Part shown: positions 57,617 through 64,000 of the stretch, piece by piece
Numbering within the stretch: position 1 is the first letter of the stretch
Layout of the letters: every line of letters begins with the position of its first letter
Virus record (IMG/VR): IMGVR_UViG_3300028888_001628
Span: 91,975 to 155,974 of that record
Length of the DNA stretch: 64,000 nt
Direction: 5' to 3' (one strand)
DNA from: a virus
Taxonomy: Duplodnaviria > Caudoviricetes
Notes under the pieces: generated by a model
Databases searched by the model: none
The model's input: the letters and a program-made list of their open reading frames with translations, nothing else
What the model was told of the DNA's origin: nothing
Translations under genes and position numbers: made by a program

Positions 57617-58042
57617 TTACATATGATTAGTAATTAGATCCCATCTATTTTCATAGCTTTTGATAAAGCTAAGATCTATGCAATCTACTCCACCAGAAGG
57701 TATGCTACGATTATTACTGTTCATTACAGTTTGAATCTTATCAACATCAGAATGTGTTAACACATAATAGTGTGAAATATTATCATCATCTATTTTACAG
57801 AAAATCCAATATGACACTGGGTTATTTTTATCGTGATATCGTTCATCAAAGAAGTGAGTTACAAACCTATCTGATCTTGTAGCCCTTACGACAGCTATAG
57901 ATTGTGAGCCATCTTTGTATTTAATAGAAATGTTATTGCATCGATTAGACACAATAGAAGCTGATAAGTCTCTCTTAAAAAGCTCAGATAATACGCCATA
58001 TTTACCTATGTTACTTAAGTTCTTTTTATTTACAGCTACCAT
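57617..58042 (-). CDS. Possible degenerate PD-(D/E)XK-like protein
   Basis: IGKY.V.SEL..R start, acidic catalytic residues not evident. Confidence 0.35.
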   Translation of the reverse strand: MVAVNKKNLSNIGKYGVLSELFKRDLSASIVSNRCNNISIKYKDGSQSIAVVRATRSDRFVTHFFDERYHDKNNPVSYWIFCKIDDDNISHYYVLTHSDVDKIQTVMNSNNRSIPSGGVDCIDLSFIKSYENRWDLITNHM

Positions 58043-58077
58043 AGTTTTCTCCTAGATGTGATTTTTATTTGTTGATG

Positions 58078-59100
58078 TTAGACAAGTTTCCAAACTAATT
58101 TCGAGTAATTTTTATTATCATATATTGCAAACATTACATGAGGATATTTACATGATTTAAAATATTTAGCTGCGTCAGCGCGTGACTCAAAGTTATCTTT
58201 GTATTCTGATTTACATAATGACTCAATTTTCAAGAATTCATTTTCTAACTCATTTACAATATCATCAAAGTAAAGTAATGCTTCTTCTGATAAATTATCA
58301 GCGATCTTTGATCGTAGTTTATCAGCATTATTATTTATAAGAGACTCGAGAACTAGTTTCTTAGTAAGATACTGTTTTGCAGTATGAGCTTTGAAATATT
58401 CTTTGAATTTTAATTTGAGTCGAAAACCATTAGAGAATTTTATTACAAAACCTTCACGATTAGACCCATCTGAATCTAATCGAAATTGCAAGTAGTCTTT
58501 CACATTATCGAACTTATCTGCAGTTTTAAACAAATCTTTGTAATCAGAAATATCTGATTCTTTTCCTGACTCATTATCTATCACTGCTAATAAGAATAAG
58601 TCGTCAGTATCACCGTAATCTACAACTAAATTTGAATCTTGTCCGTGTGGGATAATTATCTCAAACAGATAAGATTTTGATCTGTCTAATAAATGAAGTT
58701 TATCAGCATATTTAGAATAAAGTAATTTATTAGCATGGTTAGCTTGATCTGATACAAATGAACCACGAGTTGCTACGTATGGTTTACCATTTGCGAAATA
58801 CAAGATTCCAAGTGAGCCATCTAATTTTTCATATACTTCAAATGGAAGATCTGGAATATCTTTACAGTCATTTACGAGTTCTTCATAATTGTAGAACTTT
58901 TCAAAAGATCGTGCAATTATATTATAGTCTTTATCACAAATAACACCGCGACAGAATTCAGTTGCTTCATTCCACACGTGCTCGCCTGAAGCTTTCTTTG
59001 TATAATTGTAAATATACAGATCGTACTCAGGATGTTTATTTACAGAGATGTACCCTTTATCGATCATCTCTTTAACTAGTTCAATATGTGGGAGTTTCAT
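58078..59100 (-). CDS. RNA ligase, T4 Rnl1-like
   Basis: YNY, CRG, F.KF.N, EKLDGSLG (motif I), ATRGSF, FEII, EGFV, KLK. Confidence 0.9.
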   Translation of the reverse strand: MKLPHIELVKEMIDKGYISVNKHPEYDLYIYNYTKKASGEHVWNEATEFCRGVICDKDYNIIARSFEKFYNYEELVNDCKDIPDLPFEVYEKLDGSLGILYFANGKPYVATRGSFVSDQANHANKLLYSKYADKLHLLDRSKSYLFEIIIPHGQDSNLVVDYGDTDDLFLLAVIDNESGKESDISDYKDLFKTADKFDNVKDYLQFRLDSDGSNREGFVIKFSNGFRLKLKFKEYFKAHTAKQYLTKKLVLESLINNNADKLRSKIADNLSEEALLYFDDIVNELENEFLKIESLCKSEYKDNFESRADAAKYFKSCKYPHVMFAIYDNKNYSKLVWKLV

Positions 59101-59116
59101 AACTTAATCCTATATT

Positions 59117-59183
59117 ATTAAATGGAACCCATTTTCCATTTAATTTATGAATTATTTATAATACAAATCTTAGTCCTTGTAAA
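59117..59183 (-). promoter_or_regulatory. Promoter-hairpin cassette (copy 9) driving the RNA ligase gene
   Basis: Consensus copy, loop AATGGG. Confidence 0.85.
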
Positions 59184-59191
59184 TAAAAATA

Positions 59192-59223
59192 AACACGGTA
59201 TAGAAAATTTTCTATACCGTGTT
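59192..59223 (-). terminator. Terminator
   Basis: aacacggtatagaaa/tttctataccgtgtt. Confidence 0.7.
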
Positions 59224-59231
59224 AGATAAAT

Positions 59232-59582
59232 TTATCTCTGGAATAAAACTTTTGTATGAAGATCTCTATGGTGATCTGAAGTTGAATTTGAAGCCATAAA
59301 GTTATAATAGTGCCTTAAACTTGGAGTAACATTCCCTTTACATTTATCATTTACTTCTTTGTAAATACATGACTCAGATAATTTAGTTTTGAGATCAAGA
59401 AGCTTATGAAGACTCTTTATATCGTAAATAGATCCGTCAATGATATCTTCTTTGTAGAGATTCTTAGACAGAGTGTTTAAAGACCAAATGTAAAGTGACG
59501 CTGTGTAATATGAAAGCCCACAACGGCTCATAAGATAGCGACGAAAGTTAGAACGAGTAATACGATCATTTCCAAGAGACAT
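59232..59582 (-). CDS. Hypothetical helical protein (integrase SAM-like start)
   Basis: FRRYL....GLS..TA..Y...L...Y..F. Confidence 0.5.
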   Translation of the reverse strand: MSLGNDRITRSNFRRYLMSRCGLSYYTASLYIWSLNTLSKNLYKEDIIDGSIYDIKSLHKLLDLKTKLSESCIYKEVNDKCKGNVTPSLRHYYNFMASNSTSDHHRDLHTKVLFQR

Positions 59583-59604
59583 GGTTAACTCCTTTGTAGG
59601 TTTT

Positions 59605-59668
59605 AATCAAGGAACCTATTTCCTTGATTTGTTGTAATTATATTAACTAAAAACTTAGTGAAAGTAAA
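59605..59668 (-). promoter_or_regulatory. Divergent promoter-hairpin cassette (copy 10)
   Basis: AATCAAGGAA-ATAGG-TTCCTTGATT, stem changed but fully paired. Confidence 0.7.
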
Positions 59669-59700
59669 CTAAAATCACCATTTAAAATTGTAACTTTAGT

Positions 59701-59904
59701 TTAATGAACAGAATCAGCAACTTCGTTACATTTATCTATGGCTTTAATGCTAACAAATAGAAGATGACTATAATCACTCGATGTAGCATCTTTGAAGTAA
59801 GAATCGCGTTCTTCTTTAGAAAAGCGGCACTCTTTCATGGCGCTCATAACGTAACCCATAACTGAAAAAGCGTTTCCGTCTATTCCAACTAAATTGTACT
59901 TCAT
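59701..59904 (-). CDS. Conserved small phage protein
   Basis: LVG.DGNAF.VMG.V..AM...EE..Y...A.S.DY..LL. Confidence 0.7.
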   Translation of the reverse strand: MKYNLVGIDGNAFSVMGYVMSAMKECRFSKEERDSYFKDATSSDYSHLLFVSIKAIDKCNEVADSVH

Positions 59905-59923
59905 TTTTAATCTCCTATGAGTG

Positions 59924-59990
59924 ATTAAATGGAACCCATTTTCCATTTAATTTATGAGTTATTTATAATACAGATTTAAGTACTTGTAAA
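59924..59990 (-). promoter_or_regulatory. Promoter-hairpin cassette (copy 11)
   Basis: Consensus copy. Confidence 0.85.
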
Positions 59991-60003
59991 TAAAAATGAT
60001 GCG

Positions 60004-60159
60004 TCAAATTGAATCATTTTTATTCTCATTAATTGTTTCTTTCCAAGTACGATCAATAGTATCTCCATGTGTCATAGCAAAATGGACTAATAAATGCGCA
60101 AGAACTACTGGAAATACAATAAATATAGCAAACATTGCAGTGAAAGCATTGATGTCCAT
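60004..60159 (-). CDS. Small membrane protein (51 aa, absent from ORF track)
   Basis: ggag SD after cassette; MDINAFTAMFAIFIVFPVVLAHLL. Confidence 0.6.
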   Translation of the reverse strand: MDINAFTAMFAIFIVFPVVLAHLLVHFAMTHGDTIDRTWKETINENKNDSI

Positions 60160-60176
60160 AAAAGTCTCCAAGTACT

Positions 60177-60243
60177 ATTAAATGGAATCCATTTTCCATT
60201 TAATTTATGAATTATTTATAATACAAATTTAAATACTTGTAAA
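60177..60243 (-). promoter_or_regulatory. Promoter-hairpin cassette (copy 12)
   Basis: Consensus copy. Confidence 0.85.
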
Positions 60244-60404
60244 CAAAAATAGTGTATCAGATTGTTTCACTAAAATGATTTAATCTGATACACTTTAATT
60301 TATATTACTTCTTTGAAACGAAATAATATATTACATAAATTACTGAAAGAATTATGATAAGTGAAGCTATTACTAATAATATACTAGACACAAACATAAT
60401 TACC

Positions 60405-60809
60405 TCACAAAGGACTTAGATTAGCGTATTTAGGATCTTCTACTAATTCTTTCTTTAATGTAAACAATAGTTCTTTTGCTATTTCTCTTAAATCATTAAC
60501 TGACTGTTGCACATAAGGTGCTCTAGATTCATCATTTGCAACTCCTGTTAAATAAAACTCGCCTTTTGAAATTAAAAGATCTACTACCTCTTTATGAAGT
60601 ATTTCTCTACCACCCTCTTTAACAAGAAGTTTATATTTCTTGAGTGATTCAATTACTGACATATACATAAATAGCATAGTTTCAGTACGAATGTCATTTC
60701 TATCTAATGACTTTAATTTCTTATAAATCCCATCGATAAATAGAAGTTCAAACTCAAGATCATTTAACTCTTTCAGTGACTCAACTGCTGATTCAATCGT
60801 ATCGCTCAT
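60405..60809 (-). CDS. Hypothetical protein
   Basis: aagga SD. Confidence 0.6.
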   Translation of the reverse strand: MSDTIESAVESLKELNDLEFELLFIDGIYKKLKSLDRNDIRTETMLFMYMSVIESLKKYKLLVKEGGREILHKEVVDLLISKGEFYLTGVANDESRAPYVQQSVNDLREIAKELLFTLKKELVEDPKYANLSPL

Positions 60810-60822
60810 ATTAATCCTTTAC

Positions 60823-61524
60823 TTAATAGTCTAATTTCTTTCCATTATTTAATATGTGAAGTTTGTATGGTTCTACAGCAACCCATGGTTCATTTGATAA
60901 TTTAGTTGTAGAAATATGTACGCCTGTATATGTTTGTAAATAAAACAACGTGTTAGGGTGATTCATATATACATACATATTATGCGTTTTATTATCGGTA
61001 AAGATAAGATTTACTTTACCTAAGTCTGAAAGTTCAGATAGAGTCGACTCTATTCTCATATACAAATTATTAAGTAACTCTTCTTCGTATTCAATAAAAG
61101 AATGTTCATAAAAAGAATTAACTGCTTCAATTATTGCAAGAAGAATTCTTTCACTGTCTGTCTCGCCCTGCTGTATAGTACCTAATGCTGCAGTCACAGG
61201 TGTATCATCTATATAACCATTATGAATAAGAGACCATTCTGTGCCATGTGTATCTTTTATAATAAACGGGTGACAATTAGATATAGATGCAGGACCATGT
61301 GTTTTAAATCGTATATGACATAGCGCTAATTTAGAATTAAATTTCTTTTTCTGTAACTTATTAATCAAAGTCATAGCTGAATTTTGATTCACATAAAAAT
61401 CATTTTTATCAGCTAAATAGAATCCAAACCCATCCTGATGCACTCTAGAATGCAACCAAAATTCGTCTGTATATTTATTAAGATTTGTAGAAACTGATCC
61501 ACAGAACCCGTAAATTTCACACAT
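60823..61524 (-). CDS. Class II glutamine amidotransferase
   Basis: Start MCE gives the N-terminal nucleophile Cys (aggagg SD); DGFG, HIR..THG, NCHPF, HNG, GETDSE. Confidence 0.92.
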   Translation of the reverse strand: MCEIYGFCGSVSTNLNKYTDEFWLHSRVHQDGFGFYLADKNDFYVNQNSAMTLINKLQKKKFNSKLALCHIRFKTHGPASISNCHPFIIKDTHGTEWSLIHNGYIDDTPVTAALGTIQQGETDSERILLAIIEAVNSFYEHSFIEYEEELLNNLYMRIESTLSELSDLGKVNLIFTDNKTHNMYVYMNHPNTLFYLQTYTGVHISTTKLSNEPWVAVEPYKLHILNNGKKLDY

Positions 61525-61540
61525 AATCAACCCTCCTATG

Positions 61541-61580
61541 AATAAATGGACACATTCCATTTATTACTATAATATACAAA
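61541..61580 (-). promoter_or_regulatory. Hairpin variant (copy 13) preceded by TGTATAT motif
   Basis: AATAAATGGA-ATGTG-TCCATTTATT; upstream TTTGTATATT. Confidence 0.6.
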
Positions 61581-61585
61581 GAATT

Positions 61586-62566
61586 CTATGAAGATTGAAG
61601 TGCTCGTGATCTAAAACTAATAACACGTGCTATAAAGAAGCTTATTAGTTTCGTATCCAGATCATAGTATGTAAGAATCTCAAATATATTCTTACGCGTA
61701 ACAGACGATAAATAAGCAGTATCTGATGCGTTTGTTAATAAGTCGTATAGTATGTAAGACTGTAATCTAGCCCAATTAAGAATTAGGTTTAAATTAAGTG
61801 TTCCTTCTAACTGTCTAAATTCAAAGTGAAGTTTTTTGCATGAGCCATTATAGTTAAATTCACAGAATCTAGAACTAAGTTTTTGGTACTTATTGTGTAA
61901 GTAAATAGATGTTGGTTTACAATACTTATTTCGTCTACGTGACGTAGGCACTATCGTATCAAACACTCTCTTTTCCATACAATTATACGCAGATAGAGTA
62001 TTACGTACAGAACCTGCAACTACATTATCTGATTTAAAACCTATATGTATATGAGTACCGCATGACTGATTTACGTAACCCTTAAGATGCTTTTCTATTA
62101 AAGAAATAACTTTTGACAAAGTTGCTATATCATCTTCGCTGTTAAAATTAAGCTTTGGTGTAGATAATTCATAACCAAACGGTTGAGGTAAATATGAGTT
62201 TCTATAACGTATAGAGCCATCCCTACCTAATATATAGCAATCACCATCGTTATGCGTATATTCACCTAAGTAGATATACTTATCATGTAGTAGTCTTGAC
62301 ATTTCTTTATTAAATTCAGATAAATCTTTCGATAAATAACTGCCTACAAACTCAAACTCAATACCAAATGTAATATCAGGAAGATCTATATGCTTCTTAG
62401 TATCAGCTTTACTTAGAGCAGATAGTAGTACTTCATAAAGAGATTTAGAAATTTTTGTGTCTTTATTAAATCCATTTAATTGGAGAACTGAAGAACCTTT
62501 TAACTCTTTTTTAAGAGTGATACCATAAGATTCTAATAGCTGCTTGTTTGATTCATTTATAGGCAT
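61586..62566 (-). CDS. Putative amidoligase (COOH-NH2 ligase type 2)
   Basis: TFGIEFE, DGSI, ELSTP, SCGTHIHIG, SRR.N.YC, EFR..GT. Confidence 0.9.
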   Translation of the reverse strand: MPINESNKQLLESYGITLKKELKGSSVLQLNGFNKDTKISKSLYEVLLSALSKADTKKHIDLPDITFGIEFEFVGSYLSKDLSEFNKEMSRLLHDKYIYLGEYTHNDGDCYILGRDGSIRYRNSYLPQPFGYELSTPKLNFNSEDDIATLSKVISLIEKHLKGYVNQSCGTHIHIGFKSDNVVAGSVRNTLSAYNCMEKRVFDTIVPTSRRRNKYCKPTSIYLHNKYQKLSSRFCEFNYNGSCKKLHFEFRQLEGTLNLNLILNWARLQSYILYDLLTNASDTAYLSSVTRKNIFEILTYYDLDTKLISFFIARVISFRSRALQSS

Positions 62567-62576
62567 AGCATTACCT

Positions 62577-62810
62577 CTACAAAGACTTACGTTCAAAAAG
62601 TATTTCTAAATAGTGACTATTATCTTTTTGTGAACAAAGAACATAAGTGCAAAATTCTTTACTAGACTTTAAGCAATCATAAATACGTTTATTTGCTTCA
62701 TTATAATCGTTTGTAGATAATACAACATGATTACGACTGTCGAGCAAATAAACACCATCACACTTTTTCTTAATAACATAATATTTCATATTACTTACAC
62801 TTCTTACCAT
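62577..62810 (-). CDS. Hypothetical protein
   Basis: ORF in operon. Confidence 0.45.
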   Translation of the reverse strand: MVRSVSNMKYYVIKKKCDGVYLLDSRNHVVLSTNDYNEANKRIYDCLKSSKEFCTYVLCSQKDNSHYLEILFERKSL

Positions 62811-63027
62811 CTACATAAACTGCGATATGAGAAGATTCTACTTCACAGAAATCGCTTCCATTATAGTAACCTTTGCATTTCCAAACGCTTGCTCTACGAC
62901 CTGTCTCTTTAGAGATTGTTTTAGCGAATGTTGTCGCTTCTTTCTTTTTAGTCTTTGCGAAATATTCTATTGAGTTATCGTTTGTAAATGAGTTTTTGAA
63001 GTAAGATACACTTATAAGTTCGTTCAT
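62791..63027 (-). CDS. Early hypothetical protein
   Basis: aggag SD after cassette. Confidence 0.6.
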   Translation of the reverse strand: MNELISVSYFKNSFTNDNSIEYFAKTKKKEATTFAKTISKETGRRASVWKCKGYYNGSDFCEVESSHIAVYVDGKKCK

Positions 63028-63045
63028 GAGCTGTCTCCTTATGTG

Positions 63046-63113
63046 TTAGAGGGAATCCCACTATTCCCTCTAATTTATGATGGTATTATAACACAGAATT
63101 CTATTTCTGTAAA
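63046..63113 (-). promoter_or_regulatory. Divergent promoter-hairpin cassette (copy 14)
   Basis: TTTACA-17-TATAAT; TTAGAGGGAAT-AGTGGG-ATTCCCTCTAA. Confidence 0.85.
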
Positions 63114-63730
63114 CTAATTTTTGAAGTAGCGAGATCTTTTTTGTCGAACCAGAGAGTTTCAGAGAAATTCTTATTATCACGTTTAATCACAATAGCAAGT
63201 TCTCTACCAAGATCTCTATAAGAGAAGTAAACATCGTATAAATTGTAGCTATCTTTACTAAGATCCAATCTCGAAGATACAAGTTTGTGAATGTATGATT
63301 TTGTATTATCAGATAATTTCTCTAAGTCTAAGTACTGTGTAGTACCATAATTTGTTTTAGAATTAAAGCGATCTTCATTCTTTTTATTTGCTTGTATAGC
63401 GTCAAAAACATCTTTAGAGTAATAGTTTTTACCTACATAATAGAATATCTCATTATAGGAATAACACATTCCAGTAAGGTTAAATTTATCAGTACTGATC
63501 TCAATTATGTTGAGATAACGTGAGTTTTTATTATCGAATATTCTTTTGCTTTCAAGAGCAACTTTAACTGTAACATTAGAATCACGTTTTGATTGAAGAA
63601 AAACTGATCTATTAATTCCATTTGAAGTGTATTCAACTTCTTGTGAGCAAGGAACTTCTGTAAAAGCGTATCTGTAAGATTTAACTACTTCGTTAAAGTG
63701 AGTGTGAATTTGATGAAGTGTGTAACCCAT
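63101..63730 (-). CDS. Early hypothetical protein
   Basis: aggag SD after cassette. Confidence 0.6.
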   Translation of the reverse strand: MGYTLHQIHTHFNEVVKSYRYAFTEVPCSQEVEYTSNGINRSVFLQSKRDSNVTVKVALESKRIFDNKNSRYLNIIEISTDKFNLTGMCYSYNEIFYYVGKNYYSKDVFDAIQANKKNEDRFNSKTNYGTTQYLDLEKLSDNTKSYIHKLVSSRLDLSKDSYNLYDVYFSYRDLGRELAIVIKRDNKNFSETLWFDKKDLATSKISLQK

Positions 63731-63748
63731 TGTTTTCTCTCCTATGTG

Positions 63749-63815
63749 ATTAAATGGAATCCATTTTTCATTTAATTTATGAGTGTATTATAACTAAACT
63801 AATTAGTCTTGTAAA
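63749..63815 (-). promoter_or_regulatory. Promoter-hairpin cassette (copy 15)
   Basis: TTTACA-17-TATAAT plus hairpin. Confidence 0.85.
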
Positions 63816-64000
63816 CAAAAATTTAAGTTAATTGTAGTTTTACTCTTATAGTCACAAATAGTAAGTGTTAAAATAGTCTATCTAAAATGTGCTATTTTTA
63901 AAATATCAATTAGTAGTAAATACGAGTTGACATAAAGAGTCTAGCTATATACAGTAATCTCTAGACTTTGAGAAAATGAGGATATTCTAATGCTTATTGT

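Noticed and set aside
49938-61560. Shared MEW../MEN../MEC.. N-termini in the ORF track (ORFs starting at 50405, 55017, 55462, 59946, 61560)
   Set aside because: These come from ATGGA within the hairpin. The real starts follow the downstream SD, and the GATase needs its Cys at position 2.
49836-63815. CRISPR array interpretation of the repeated palindromic ~30-mers
   Set aside because: Copies are hundreds to thousands of nt apart, are separated by genes, sit between a promoter and an SD, and have no cas genes nearby.
1-64000. Stop-codon reassignment
   Set aside because: Long conserved genes are intact in the standard code, TAG and TGA end genes at sensible places, and no suppressor tRNA was found.

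Overview
An AT-rich segment of a large lytic myovirus (jumbo-phage-like) genome that reads cleanly in the standard code. From 1 to 47 kb the genes are almost all on the + strand. They include the end of the tail sheath gene, a family A DNA polymerase, a contractile tail/baseplate module (tape measure with an NlpC/P60-like domain, hub, spike, gp25, wedge proteins, fibre) and nucleotide metabolism genes (tdk, nrdD, nrdG, dCMP deaminase). From 47.7 to 64 kb they are on the - strand: small early-type genes, an RNA ligase, amidoligase/GATase/GGCT genes and a stable-RNA operon. Three patterns stand out. (1) A ~320-nt structured ncRNA inside the tRNA operon has ends that rebuild the 23S rRNA GTPase-associated centre (H43/H44, the L11/thiostrepton site). 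It sits beside two tRNA-like RNAs with aberrant anticodon arms and a tRNA 5' half, downstream of an rrn-type boxA. (2) At least 11 otherwise mostly unrelated proteins share an L-E-x-R-[IVL]-x-x-L-E leader, usually followed by an xxE motif; this is a candidate capsid-targeting, protease-cleaved tag for injected cargo. (3) About 15 copies of a sigma70 promoter + covarying 5' hairpin + SD cassette drive the early genes. All calls come from motifs read by eye; no searches were run.
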